Of a DNA stretch of 64,000 bases, positions 19,195 through 29,872 are shown piece after piece. The stretch comes from Nitrosopumilus sp. (GTDB lineage: Archaea > Thermoproteota > Nitrososphaeria > Nitrososphaerales > Nitrosopumilaceae). The translations under genes were made by a program, and so were the position numbers. How positions within the stretch are numbered: position 1 is the first letter of the stretch; every line of letters starts with the position of its first letter. The DNA lies in the NCBI GenBank assembly GCA_965214775.1, contig OZ243974.1, positions 704,001-768,000 of the forward strand, given 5' to 3'. The notes under the pieces are model-generated. The model was not told the DNA's origin. It worked only from the letters and a program-made list of their open reading frames with translations, and searched no databases.

Positions 19195-20454
19195 TTAGTT
19201 GCTTTGTCCAAGCAGTTCTTTTGCCCTGTTTACCGAAATGTTGCCTTCTTGAATCATCTGCAAAGCTATCCTGTCAATCTGCTCAGCTGATGCGCCTCCT
19301 GCAGATGCCAGATTTCTGGCATGGAGCCTCATGTGGCCTTTCTGAATGCCGTCAGTTGCCAGCGCCCTCATTGCGCCAAAGTTCTGGGCGAGACCTGCAG
19401 CGGCAATGACACAGGCCATTTCTTTGGCAGATCCCACGCCCAGGATTTTGGAGCAGATTTTTGCAACAGGATGAACGTTGATAATTCCACCGACAATTCC
19501 CACAGACAACGGGATTTCCAAAATCCCAACCAGGTTTCCCTCCGAGTCTTTTGTCCATTCTGACAGTGACCTGTATTTTCCTGTTCTTGCTGCATAAGCA
19601 TTTGCGGCAGCCTCGATTGCACGGCTGTCCTGGCCTGTAGCATTTGCAACTGCGATAATTCCGTTCATTATGCCCTTGTTGTGGGTGACGGCCCTGTACA
19701 CATCATGCTTTGCAAATTGATATGCATGAATCATGTCATCTACCACCTTGCTGCCTCCGACAGATTCTTTTTCAAAGACGGCAGATGCCCTGACCATGCG
19801 CCTTGTAGAATAGTTTGATAAAATTCTGAGAAGCGCCTTGCCTCCTGTAATCTTTTCGATTAGCGGAGCCACTCCTTCACACATGGTGTTTGTGACATTG
19901 GCGCCCATCGCATCGCCCACATCAATGAGCAATTCAGCTATAAGCATGGGTTCAAAATCAGTATCAAGCCTTTTGCAGGTGATTTCCTTTGCCCCTTTTC
20001 CCATTTTTGATAGCGTGTTGCTCTTTGAATTTGCAAGTTCTAAGATTTCCTGGGCACTTTCTTTAATTTTAGATATGGCGTTTTGAATATCTGCGTCCAA
20101 AACTTGAATCTGCCCAATGCTGTAAGACTCGCTGACTGTTACATCAAATCCGCCTTTGGGACGAGCAATCTTTGCTGCCTTGGATGCTGCTGCAATTACA
20201 GACGGCTCTTCGGTAACCATGGGAACAAGATAGTCCTTGTTGTTGATTTTGAAGTTTGTGGCCACCCCCAGTGGCAAGGAAAACGTTCCAAATACATTTT
20301 CTGCCATTTTATCGGCTTTCTCAAATGTGATTCCGCCGTCTGGAAGCTCCAGTAACCTGATGTCCCCATCAGAAAGACTGGCAAAGTTTTTGATTGCGTC
20401 TAGTCTTTCTTTCCTGGTTTTTTCAAAAAATTTTGAAATCGACGAGTCAGGCAT
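19195..20454 (-). CDS. hmgA: Hydroxymethylglutaryl-CoA reductase (class II)
   Basis: ENVFG, TEEPSV, DAMGAN, THNKG, GIQKGHMRLH. Confidence 0.93.
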   Translation of the reverse strand: MPDSSISKFFEKTRKERLDAIKNFASLSDGDIRLLELPDGGITFEKADKMAENVFGTFSLPLGVATNFKINNKDYLVPMVTEEPSVIAAASKAAKIARPKGGFDVTVSESYSIGQIQVLDADIQNAISKIKESAQEILELANSKSNTLSKMGKGAKEITCKRLDTDFEPMLIAELLIDVGDAMGANVTNTMCEGVAPLIEKITGGKALLRILSNYSTRRMVRASAVFEKESVGGSKVVDDMIHAYQFAKHDVYRAVTHNKGIMNGIIAVANATGQDSRAIEAAANAYAARTGKYRSLSEWTKDSEGNLVGILEIPLSVGIVGGIINVHPVAKICSKILGVGSAKEMACVIAAAGLAQNFGAMRALATDGIQKGHMRLHARNLASAGGASAEQIDRIALQMIQEGNISVNRAKELLGQSN

Positions 20455-20455
20455 T

Positions 20456-21565
20456 TTACTTTAATATCCTCAACAATTTGTCATCCATGCTGTCCGGAAA
20501 ACCTTTTCCATCGGTATTTGAAGTAATCACATACAGGCTGCCGTCCTGGCCCTGAACTACGTCACGAACGCGGCCAATTCCACTAAGAACCGACTTTTGG
20601 GAGCTTAGACCCTCTTGAAAGTCCAGTTGATAAAGATTGGAGGCCCTCATTGATGCCATGATAAACGGAGACTCAAAGTCAAGTCGGTCTCCAGAATAGA
20701 ACAGAATTCCTCCAGGCTCAATGCTTGGATCATAGCAGAGAACTGCGTTTTCAAACTTTTCGTTTCCCGAACATTCTTGTTCAGGCCAGCCATAGTTCCT
20801 TCCAGGCTGAACCAGGTTGATCTCGTCATTTTTTTCAGGCCCAAGTTCTGCCACCAGCATGTTTCCGTTTGAATCCCAGGTCATTCCCTGAGGATTTCTG
20901 TGGCCCAGAGAGTAGACGGGGGAACCTTTCCAAGGATTGTCATCAGGTACTGTTCCGTCATCGTTTAGCCGCAAAATTTTCCCTGCCAGTGAACCAAGTT
21001 CTTGTGGAAGATGCGATGCGTCAGAAACAGTCCCGGTTCCAGCATACAGTTTGTTGTCTGGTCCGAACTTTAAAAATCCCCCATTTGTAAACTGTGATCC
21101 AGGAATCCTGTCAATAATTGTTTTTGCATCCTGCAATTTGTTGTTTGATTCAGTAATTCTGACGATCTTGTTCCATAGTTGTCCGTCTTCTTGATATGTA
21201 GTATAGACATAGATGAGACTGTTATTAGAAAAGTCGGGATGCAATGCCATGCCAAGCAGCCCTGCATCAAACGCATCCACAGTCCTAAAAGTTGCAAGGG
21301 GGGATTCCAGCAAGACTCTGTCTTCTATCACCCTAATCAAGCCGTCCTTCTCAGTTACAAATACTCTGTTTTCGTGTACGGCAATGGCTCGGGGCTTGTC
21401 CAAGTTGGTTGCCAAAATGGCCACAGAACCACCATCCGGATTTGAGTCAGGCTCGGGCAACGGGATGGGATCTGAGGGGGATGTCAAAACAAATATTGAA
21501 AATATTGCGGCCATTGCTATTGCTCCAACCTGTATTCGTTTGTCCACAGGAAAACGATTTTTCAA
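20456..21565 (-). CDS. PQQ-dependent sugar dehydrogenase (glucose/sorbosone DH family), membrane-anchored
   Basis: GLLGMALHPDF, GKILRLN.DG..P.DNP, GHRNPQG, NYGWP. Confidence 0.88.
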   Translation of the reverse strand: MKNRFPVDKRIQVGAIAMAAIFSIFVLTSPSDPIPLPEPDSNPDGGSVAILATNLDKPRAIAVHENRVFVTEKDGLIRVIEDRVLLESPLATFRTVDAFDAGLLGMALHPDFSNNSLIYVYTTYQEDGQLWNKIVRITESNNKLQDAKTIIDRIPGSQFTNGGFLKFGPDNKLYAGTGTVSDASHLPQELGSLAGKILRLNDDGTVPDDNPWKGSPVYSLGHRNPQGMTWDSNGNMLVAELGPEKNDEINLVQPGRNYGWPEQECSGNEKFENAVLCYDPSIEPGGILFYSGDRLDFESPFIMASMRASNLYQLDFQEGLSSQKSVLSGIGRVRDVVQGQDGSLYVITSNTDGKGFPDSMDDKLLRILK

Positions 21566-22930
21566 ATCATATTAATTTGCTTTCAGGAGTTCAGCCAAAT
21601 GAGATGTGAGTGGATTGTCGTTTTTATCTTGGCGGTGGGCGTAGTTTGAGGCGTCGTGTTTCTTGCCCAGACTTTGTTTTTGCCTAGTTTTTTTGGCACA
21701 CTTCTTAGCTGGAGCTTGAGGCTGTCCGAATTGGTTCCATAGTTGGTTGATCCATCTTTGCCCAAATGCAGTCAGTTTCAGGCGCAACACTAGACATTTT
21801 TGGGCATTTGGCAGTTCAGAAGGCTGAAATCGCGCAAGCGGCAGCACAGATATGCACGTAGCATTCGTATTTGCAAAGCGGCATTTTGCACGCATGAATG
21901 CCATACTACTACTGTTGGAACAAACAAACAATGAAAGAGGTTCACGCGATTTGTTAGAACGGTGTCAATAATGGGATTCATCAAATTTTCCACATATGAG
22001 AATTAAATAAAGGCATGAAAACGAGCGCCTGCTCCAATTTTGATTCTTGCTTGAAGCAGAGTATCGGCGGGGTTGCTGAAAAATACCAGGGAATTAAAAA
22101 GGCATAGAAAAACATGGTAAAAATAATTCCGGAATACAACATGGCAGATCCCCGGAAAGATTGTGAATGGATTTGTGACAATCATTTTGCGGACAGAATG
22201 AATGGTGGCATTTGCCATCAAGCCAGATTAAGATGGCACTGAAAGATGGAAGAAAATCGGGATGGAGAAAAATGAATGTCAGATAACATGGGAGAAATGA
22301 AAAATCATTGCGTCATTACACAGATGCTTTTTGTATTTACGAACCGCATATAGGACATGACTAGAAAGAATTAACAGGGCACATGCAAGTGCAGCCTTTT
22401 GAGCCTTGGAGTAAGTTTGTCATCATCATACAAGGGGGAGATCCTCCAATCATCTTAAGACACAGGACAATCCTGTCAAAATCATAACGATATGTCGATC
22501 ATACCAACCAGCTGGAGGATTCATATCTTTGGATGCACACAGTGTCACCGATGGCGTATGTGTATCAGATGTCGGTAATGTGTGCCCTGCATAATTGGCA
22601 ATTTGCCAATGAAACTTTTTTTGAAAATCAGGATATGATATTGCAGACAATCTCACACTGGAAGACAAGTTCATTGTCAAGTTTGCCACAATATGGTTGA
22701 TAAGACCTGACAAACTGCATATTCCGGTGATTTTGTTTTTCCATGGATGACAGCAGGAGTATGGTGACAATTAAAAGGTCTTGAACACATGGGACGGACT
22801 ACGCAGGAGGATATTTTTTGATGATCAAAGACTTTCAATTGTCACTAGTTTTACCATTATGGGATTTTTCAAACAAGCCATAAGTATCAGAAGGGCCAAA
22901 CGTCAAACAGAAACTTTAGAAATAAAACTC

Positions 22931-23023
22931 GCCGGTATGGCTCAGCAGTTAGAGTACGGGTTCGATAAGCTCAAACCCGATACCTTCGGATTTGCGGATT
23001 CGATCCTCTCTCCTCCCCCGCCA
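22931..23023 (+). pseudogene. Degenerate tRNA-like element
   Basis: GCCGGTA-TG-GCTC..GAGT D-arm, CGGGT/ACCCG stem, GGATTCGATCC T-arm-like, ends CCCGCCA; acceptor stem mismatched. Confidence 0.45.
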
Positions 23024-23224
23024 CTACGGGTTTGCGACTTTCATTACAAAAATACCTAATAAAATCTACCAACAGTCAATCTCGCGCCTGAAAGATAAAA
23101 CCCTCCCTCACCCCAATAGTGCCCAGCATCTTCAGTTACAAATCAATCATTCTTGTTACAAAATGGGCATGATGCTAAAGTTGTTATTCATTACGTATAT
23201 ACGGCCAGGATCCAATCCTGATTC

Positions 23225-23299
23225 AGCGGGGTGGGGAAGCCAGGTCATCCCGGCGGGCTCATAACCCGCAGTTCAGTAGTTCAAATCTACTCCCCGCTA
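23225..23299 (+). tRNA. tRNA-Met(CAT), initiator type
   Basis: AGCGGGG/CCCCGCT acceptor (A1-U72); anticodon arm GCGGG-CTCATAA-CCCGC with three G-C pairs; GTTCAAATC T-loop. Confidence 0.95.
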
Positions 23300-23309
23300 T
23301 TCTGACTTG

Positions 23310-24626
23310 CTAACTAATTGAAAACCATGACGAATTCTCAAACTCCGTATTGTTTTTAATCCCGGCCCGCTGGGCGGGCCTAGTCAGATGTCTGTGGGCA
23401 GAAATGACAGGCAGGTATGATTTTTTTTTCAAATCCCTTGTTTGCTCCAAAACGACTTTGTTTTTTGATTTTCTGCCGCACATGACACATTGAAACCCCT
23501 GGTTTTTTCCCTTGGACTTCATGTTTTTTTGACAGTCCTTGCAAAAGGGATTCCTGAGAATCAGCTCCCTTTCCAGATGCAGAATTTTGATGAACTCCAA
23601 ATTCAGTGTTCTGGGATAAAGTTTCGAGGACTTTCTGACTCCCCCTCCTACAAGCAGCTTGTCTCCCTTGATTAGTTTTGATGCCACAGGTGTCATTCCC
23701 GTCGGCCTGTACACCATGCAGTTAATTTCAAAGTTTTTTGAGTTTATTTTAAAAAATACGTGTCCGCCTTTGGCAATCTTTGGCGAGCTAGACACGGTTC
23801 CAAGCAATTTTCCAGACGAATACGGTTTCAAGTTTCCGGGATTTAGATCATTTTTTAAGTGATCTCCCGTTCCTTGGTTTGATTTAAAGATCATGTATCC
23901 GCCTAACTTTTCATCTGTCTTTATCATCTTGGAAGCCAATAGCAAGGAATCAACATCCTCGCCGCGAATTCCATAAAATACAGGATCAGGCCCGTGAGGC
24001 GCAATAAGAACACGGTTCTTTTTCGCATCAAAACTGTTGAATGTTTTTGGCAAAGTTTTCTCATGCATTGATTTTACGCTTTGGGCAGAGATGTTTCTCG
24101 GAGTGCCAAACTTTGATTGCTTTCTATAGCTTAGCAACTCCAAAGTGCTGTCATCAAATTCATATCCAATTGCACCAATTGCACCAACCAGTCCCTGCCC
24201 GTTGCCATGATAAAAAAACTCCAGATTGTTTTTTTTGGCAAATTTTTTTGCATTGTTCCGGCTGACTAGTTGCCACAGGGCCAAGTTGCTAAACTCAGAA
24301 AAATCCTTTGGGATTTGATCACTTTGAAAAAACACCAGGCCCGGGTTTGCGCCGTTTTTGACATCAGAATACTTGGAGACCAGTTTTTTGATCTCGCGCT
24401 TGATTTTTTTTGGATTCCTTGTTTTGACTCGAAGTGAGACTGCGCCGTTGCCACGGGTCTTCCACGGGATGTTCGGATTAAGCCGGATTAGACGCGGATA
24501 GTCAACAAATTCTGTCTTTTGCTTACGAAGCAAATCCACAATCTTGAATGCAAGAAACGTCGTACACATTCCCTTTGGGGAATCAGTATCATCAAATCCA
24601 ATGTTTAGAACGGTTTGGTTTGGCAT
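23310..24626 (-). CDS. tiaS: tRNA(Ile2) agmatidine synthetase
   Basis: GFDDTDS..GMCTT, RLNPNIPWKTRGNG, SNQGT, OB fold and Zn ribbon. Confidence 0.94.
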   Translation of the reverse strand: MPNQTVLNIGFDDTDSPKGMCTTFLAFKIVDLLRKQKTEFVDYPRLIRLNPNIPWKTRGNGAVSLRVKTRNPKKIKREIKKLVSKYSDVKNGANPGLVFFQSDQIPKDFSEFSNLALWQLVSRNNAKKFAKKNNLEFFYHGNGQGLVGAIGAIGYEFDDSTLELLSYRKQSKFGTPRNISAQSVKSMHEKTLPKTFNSFDAKKNRVLIAPHGPDPVFYGIRGEDVDSLLLASKMIKTDEKLGGYMIFKSNQGTGDHLKNDLNPGNLKPYSSGKLLGTVSSSPKIAKGGHVFFKINSKNFEINCMVYRPTGMTPVASKLIKGDKLLVGGGVRKSSKLYPRTLNLEFIKILHLERELILRNPFCKDCQKNMKSKGKNQGFQCVMCGRKSKNKVVLEQTRDLKKKSYLPVISAHRHLTRPAQRAGIKNNTEFENSSWFSIS

Positions 24627-24709
24627 GATTCATCACCGAGATATCAGGCATTTTTACTTGTTGTCAGGTTCCGTTGATTTAAATTAATAAGGCCAGATTC
24701 CAAGCTGAG

Positions 24710-25705
24710 TTGATCATAGTTGATGAGAAGAGAATATTCAGGGAAATTGAAGAAAAAAAGCCCGCCTCTGTCTCGCTGAACGGTCCTGACGGGATTTTGC
24801 CCCAGGTTCAGGCAACAGCCACAAGGATCTCCAAGAGATATGGAATTCCAGCCTATGTTCTAGCTGATACAACATGGGGAACATGTGATCTGAATTCAAA
24901 CGGTTCTAAAGTATTAGGAGCTGAAATACAGTTCAACATAGGCCATACCGTCAATACAGAGTCGCTAGGAAAAAATTTGGTGCTAGTTGACGCATTTGAT
25001 GACGTGGAGTTTGACAGTGTGGCAAAGAGATGCAGGGAAATTCTCCATGGAAAAACAATTTCGTTGGTAACTGACAGCCAACATTTGCACCAAGTTGACA
25101 GGGTTGAAAAAATTTTGACGGATTCTGGAATCAGAGTAAAGATTGGAAAGGGAAAGGGGCAGCTAAGTGACGGGCAGGTCTTTGGTTGTGAATTTTATCC
25201 GGCAGCAGAATTAAAAAAAGAGGTTGACGCTTATGTCTTCTTGGGACAGAGCAACTTCCACGCATCCGGAATTGCGTTATCAACCAACCTGCCCACTTAT
25301 GTTTTAGATCCGTACTTTAACGAGGTAAGGGAAATAACTGACTTTGCCCAGAAACTGAAAAAGAAAGCAACGCTGGCAATCTACAAGGCTGCAGAAGCAA
25401 AAACCTTTGGAGTAATCGTAGGACTAAAAGAAGGGCAGCTATCCAAGGTGTTTGCGCTAAAAATCAAGAGGGAGTTGGAAAGAGAGGGAAAAGAGGTCCA
25501 GTTGTTTGCCCTAACAGACATCACCAACGAGAGATTGCAGAACTTGAAGGGAATTGATGCGTTTGTGCAAGTGGCATGTCCAAGAATTTCAACGGATAAC
25601 CACTTTGACAAACCCGTCTTATCCACCCCACAAGCCAATGCATTGCTGAAAGTCCTAAGAAACGAAAGCATTGACGGATACCTGGAAATTCCTCACTGGC
25701 TTTAA
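24710..25705 (+). CDS. dph2: Diphthamide biosynthesis enzyme Dph1/Dph2
   Basis: WGTCD, GQVFGC, VACPRI (three Fe-S cysteines). Confidence 0.92.
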   Translation: MIIVDEKRIFREIEEKKPASVSLNGPDGILPQVQATATRISKRYGIPAYVLADTTWGTCDLNSNGSKVLGAEIQFNIGHTVNTESLGKNLVLVDAFDDVEFDSVAKRCREILHGKTISLVTDSQHLHQVDRVEKILTDSGIRVKIGKGKGQLSDGQVFGCEFYPAAELKKEVDAYVFLGQSNFHASGIALSTNLPTYVLDPYFNEVREITDFAQKLKKKATLAIYKAAEAKTFGVIVGLKEGQLSKVFALKIKRELEREGKEVQLFALTDITNERLQNLKGIDAFVQVACPRISTDNHFDKPVLSTPQANALLKVLRNESIDGYLEIPHWL

Positions 25706-25739
25706 CCAGAGATTGATTCCTGAAGTCTTGAATTTCCAA

Positions 25740-25970
25740 TCAGCAGATGTCCAAAGCGTTTTGATCTGGCAGTATGCTCCCAAGTCTCGGGTTTTGAATT
25801 ATGACAAATTCAAGGGTTCGGAGAGATTCGTTGGTTTCAGGATTCATTGCCAGACTGCAGGATTTCTCAAAGCACGTCCTAGTTTTCGGATAGCATTTCA
25901 GGATTTTATCGCAGCGTTGGACGGATTTCGCATATCTTTCCATTGAAAAAAGTGATCGCCCTGATACAGT
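25740..25970 (-). pseudogene. Degraded TPR-repeat gene fragment
   Basis: GRSLFSMERYAKSVQRCDKILKCYPK...KSCSLA...ESLRTLE..IIQNP follows TPR helix-pair spacing. Confidence 0.45.
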
Positions 25971-26103
25971 ACAATGATGTGCATCAGGCCACTGTCCACG
26001 ACCCTCTGCCTGTTGTTCTGCCATCATCCCGTGCCCGGGCCTAGCCCATTTGCTTCATCATCCAAAAGGAAGCTAACTTTTGGATCACTTACCATCATCA
26101 AGG

Positions 26104-27180
26104 TCACAGATTCGGTTTCATGATGATTTTTCCAAACATGCCCTTCCCTTTGAGCATCCGGGTGTGTGCCTCTGCTGCCCTCTCCAGCGGATATTCAGAA
26201 TCAATAACAGACTTTATCCTTCCTTGGGACATCCAGAACAACCCTTGTTCCAATTCTGCTCTTGTCCCTTGGGTTGAACCTAAAATGCTGATTCCCTTAA
26301 AGAAGATATGGCGCAGGTCGGTTTTTGCCATATAGCCAGTCGTAGCCCCGGTTGTAACAATTGTTCCACCGTAGTTGAGCATGGCCAACTCCTTGTTCCA
26401 ATGAGAACCGCCAATATGTTCAAAAATTACGTCGACTCCGGCAACGTCTCCATATGGTTTTGGAAGTTTCTTGGCAATGAAATCGACCTCTTTGTGCCAG
26501 TCCTCTTTTCTGTGATCAACGGCATAATCTGCACCAAGTTCAAGCAATCTGCCAAGCTTGTCCGGACTTGCAGTTGCAATTACCGTGCAGCCAAACAGTT
26601 TTGCAATTTGAATTCCATAATTCCCAACGCCGGAGCCTCCCCCCATAATGAGCACTGCCTGTCCGGGCCGGATCTTTGCGCGTCCAACTAGCATGTGCCA
26701 AGACGTAAGAAGCGTCATTGACGCTGCAGCTGCCTGCTCATATGAGATGTTTTCTGGAATCCTTACTACGTTGACTTCTGGCAGATGTGTTTTTTCACAA
26801 TACCCTCCCCAGAGCGGACCGGTTTCAAATCCCCAGACCTTTCTTTGTTTGCAGTCGTATTCCCTTCCGCTTGTGCAACGCCTACAAACCCTGCAAGACA
26901 TGTTTCCGTGAGAGACAACCCTGTCGCCGACCTTGAAATTTTTAACGTCGCCCCCTACAGCAGTGACTTTGCCTGCAGCATCGGTGCCAGAGATGTGCGG
27001 CAGGGGAACCGCCAGGGGCTTTCCCCTCATTGCCCAAATATCATCATAGTTTAGGGCTGCTGCCTCGACCCTAAAAACAACCTCGTTAGGCTTTGGAACA
27101 GGTTCAGGAAGATCCTTGATTTGTAAAATTTTTGAATAATCGTCATCTGTTGCATATTCATCATATACCAGGGCCTTCAT
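26104..27180 (-). CDS. Zn-binding medium-chain alcohol dehydrogenase/reductase
   Basis: GTDAAG, structural Zn CxxCxxC...C, GGGSGVG, GKII. Confidence 0.92.
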   Translation of the reverse strand: MKALVYDEYATDDDYSKILQIKDLPEPVPKPNEVVFRVEAAALNYDDIWAMRGKPLAVPLPHISGTDAAGKVTAVGGDVKNFKVGDRVVSHGNMSCRVCRRCTSGREYDCKQRKVWGFETGPLWGGYCEKTHLPEVNVVRIPENISYEQAAAASMTLLTSWHMLVGRAKIRPGQAVLIMGGGSGVGNYGIQIAKLFGCTVIATASPDKLGRLLELGADYAVDHRKEDWHKEVDFIAKKLPKPYGDVAGVDVIFEHIGGSHWNKELAMLNYGGTIVTTGATTGYMAKTDLRHIFFKGISILGSTQGTRAELEQGLFWMSQGRIKSVIDSEYPLERAAEAHTRMLKGKGMFGKIIMKPNL

Positions 27181-27219
27181 CGTTTGTCCACAATTTTTTA
27201 GGGATATATGATTTGCCAG

Positions 27220-27354
27220 AGAGGTGAACTGAAATTAGAAGCCGTGCGGATTTCTCAGGTGATTTCACAGGTGATTTGTGTTTTGTTTTTTTTTGATCTG
27301 CTTTATGCAAATTCGCTTGCAAATGATCAGAACTGCCGATTTCGAACCAACTCC
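27220..27354 (-). mobile_element. MITE-like element, family A (diverged)
   Basis: AGAGGTGAACTGAAATTAGAAGCCG...GATTTCGAACCAACTCC. Confidence 0.78.
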
Positions 27355-27625
27355 CAGGATCAAAGTACGGGGTCATCCCTCCTCAAACAGCTAGGGGCAA
27401 ACTGGCATGCAGATGTGGTTTTCATGCTCGGCCATAAAGGGGATGTGGCCTCGTACGGATCAGATACAGTCAAGTGAAACGCAAATGGGATCGTTGCTTT
27501 TGCATTGCTGTTGGGGCGTCGTGCACCATGCCCGGTTTCTGTTTGTGCTTGGTTTTTTTGGCACATTTCACTCAGCTAGCTGGAATGCCATAAACAATTA
27601 TAATCACAGAGTCAAAAACCACTAC

Positions 27626-28177
27626 ATGTCTGAAAATGCAATTTTTCCAGGGGACAAAATAGCGTCTATTGAGGAGTATGAGGCCGGATACAACACGTTT
27701 GATGACGGAGACATGGTAAGGGCAGCAACAATAGGCGAGAAGGACATTGACAAATCCGCCAGGATTGCAAATGTCAGGCATCCCAAAGTGCTGTCAATTC
27801 CCAGGGTCGGAGACGTGGTGATTGGCTCAGTTGCAGCAGTAATGTCGTCAATGATTGCAGTAGCAATCGAGTTCATCAACGGAAGTCCGACAACATCAAA
27901 GGTAGAATGCGTCTGTTCGACTAGAAACATCAGAAAAAAGAATGTTGCGCTGGTAAATGATATTGTCACATTAAAGATTGTAAATCACCTGAACGGAACG
28001 ATTCATGCCACGATCAGCGAACCGCAACTAGGAGTGTTATTTACAAAATGTAGAAAGTGTGGAAAGAAAGTGGTGCAAATGCGGGACGCGGTCAAATGTA
28101 TTGAATGCTCATGGATTGATGAAAGGAAGCTTTCAACAAACTTTGGAAACGGTGATTTTGTTAATTTGAGAGATTAA
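27626..28177 (+). CDS. csl4: Exosome RNA-binding protein Csl4
   Basis: FPGDKIASIEEY..G, S1 domain, LGVL..KCRKC...C..C...ERK; start at MSENAIF. Confidence 0.92.
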   Translation: MSENAIFPGDKIASIEEYEAGYNTFDDGDMVRAATIGEKDIDKSARIANVRHPKVLSIPRVGDVVIGSVAAVMSSMIAVAIEFINGSPTTSKVECVCSTRNIRKKNVALVNDIVTLKIVNHLNGTIHATISEPQLGVLFTKCRKCGKKVVQMRDAVKCIECSWIDERKLSTNFGNGDFVNLRD

Positions 28178-28179
28178 AA

Positions 28180-28995
28180 ATGAACAAGGTGTCGTTCCAA
28201 GGAGAACGAGGTGCATATAGCGAGGCAGCTGCAGGCTCATTTTTCAAAGAAGAGACCATTACTGCCATTCCGCACAGCACGTTTGCCGAAGCGCTAGATG
28301 CCACAGCAAAGGGGGAATCAGATTATTCGGTATTGCCTGTTGAGAACTCGATTGAGGGGAGCGTAGGGGAGAGTTACGACTTGCTATATTCGACATCGCT
28401 AAATGTAACAGGCGAGATTTATCACAGAATTGAGCATTGCCTGATTGGAAACGGAAGGATCGAGGAAGTAGATACGGTATATTCACATCCGCAGGCTTTA
28501 GGACAATGCAGGAAGTTCATTGAGGGAAAAAACCTCAAGACAATTCCAACTTACGATACTGCGGGGAGCGTAAGGATTGTCAAGGAAATAAACAGGAACA
28601 ACTGCGCCTGTATTGCTAGCAAGGCAGCCTCATCCCTATATCAAATGCCAGTTATTGCCGAAAAAATTGCAAACAATCCCAACAACTACACCCGATTTCT
28701 GGTATTATCCAAGAACAAGTCACCCGTATCGGCGGGCAGAGACAAGACCTCGATAATTTTCTCAATCAAGCACGAGCCCGGCTCATTGTTTAGAATAATT
28801 GAAAATTTTAACAAAAACAATGTGAACTTGACAAAGATAGAATCCAGGCCGACGCAACAAAGCGCGTGGGAGTATAACTTCTATGTGGATTTTGAGGGGC
28901 ACCAGGATGACTCTGAAATCTCGCCAATGCTGGGCAGTATCAGTCAAGAGACGATCTTTATGAAAATTTTGGGCTCCTACCCTTCAGCAAAATAA
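28180..28995 (+). CDS. pheA: Prephenate dehydratase
   Basis: FQGERGAYSE, PVENSIEG, SHPQALGQC, NYTRF, NLTKIESRP. Confidence 0.95.
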   Translation: MNKVSFQGERGAYSEAAAGSFFKEETITAIPHSTFAEALDATAKGESDYSVLPVENSIEGSVGESYDLLYSTSLNVTGEIYHRIEHCLIGNGRIEEVDTVYSHPQALGQCRKFIEGKNLKTIPTYDTAGSVRIVKEINRNNCACIASKAASSLYQMPVIAEKIANNPNNYTRFLVLSKNKSPVSAGRDKTSIIFSIKHEPGSLFRIIENFNKNNVNLTKIESRPTQQSAWEYNFYVDFEGHQDDSEISPMLGSISQETIFMKILGSYPSAK

Positions 28996-28997
28996 AG

Positions 28998-29465
28998 CTA
29001 AAAGCCTTTTGGCTTTCGTAAAGTAAACCCCATGCTAAACCCGATGATTACCATTCCAGAGATGACCACCATCAAGTCGTATGTAAGCCAGATTGGATCC
29101 GAACTCCTGACCAGAGTTCCGGTAATTTGTAGTTCCTCATTGCCGGTATTTTCAATTTTGATGCTTGTCTCTCCGTCAGTTAGGTGGATCCAGTCTAACT
29201 TTAACTCATTTTTATGAGCAGATTCAGGCATTTGCAATCCGTGTCCGGGGCTATTCAAGGTCACATTAAAGCTGTCTCCTGCTATTGTCATCCGCTGATG
29301 CGTGCTTGCAGGTGCAGGAATTGTGTAAAAAGTTGATTCTCCGGTTTTGACATAATGTTCTTCGTCAATGGTAACAGTTCCAATATGCTGAACCAGGGAA
29401 ACAAAGCCGATTCCCATAATTACAGAGCCAACAACTAGGCCGATGACGGTTCGTTTTGACAGCAT
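28998..29465 (-). CDS. Hypothetical membrane protein (two TM helices)
   Basis: 155-aa ORF with hydrophobic N- and C-terminal helices. Confidence 0.75.
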   Translation of the reverse strand: MLSKRTVIGLVVGSVIMGIGFVSLVQHIGTVTIDEEHYVKTGESTFYTIPAPASTHQRMTIAGDSFNVTLNSPGHGLQMPESAHKNELKLDWIHLTDGETSIKIENTGNEELQITGTLVRSSDPIWLTYDLMVVISGMVIIGFSMGFTLRKPKGF

Positions 29466-29671
29466 AACTGTTTTGTCCTAAACGCCGTTTAAAAAATTAG
29501 CGGAACCATAGTTAAGAGTGCAAGTTCTTGAGTACAAACGCAGCTTTTCTGCTGATATGCCTGTCAACGTCAAGATCATCACACCGTCCCAAAGCATGAC
29601 GAAACTGCCGTGCATATCTCTGAAAACTCGGGATTATACTCAGAGACCGCCAGGACGCGCTTTGCCTGCTG

Positions 29672-29805
29672 AGAGATGATCCGGAATCATAAGCCGTACG
29701 GATTTTTCAGGTGATTTCACAGATAACTTGTATTTTGTTGGTGTTTTGAGTTGTTTTGTACATTCGTCTACAAATAATCTGAATCTGCTAATTTCGAATC
29801 AACTC
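29672..29805 (-). mobile_element. MITE-like element, family A
   Basis: AGAGATGATCCGG...CTAATTTCGAATCAACTC; interior closely matches the reverse complement of 6180-6314. Confidence 0.85.
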
Positions 29806-29872
29806 AGCAGAGGAATAACGGTAAAAATACAGGTGGCCACATACTATGAAATCGGCGCTGCTAAAAAATCAA

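Noticed and set aside
27407-27625. Long N-terminal extension of the Csl4 ORF
   Set aside because: Csl4 similarity begins at MSENAIF (27626); the upstream part is open by chance.
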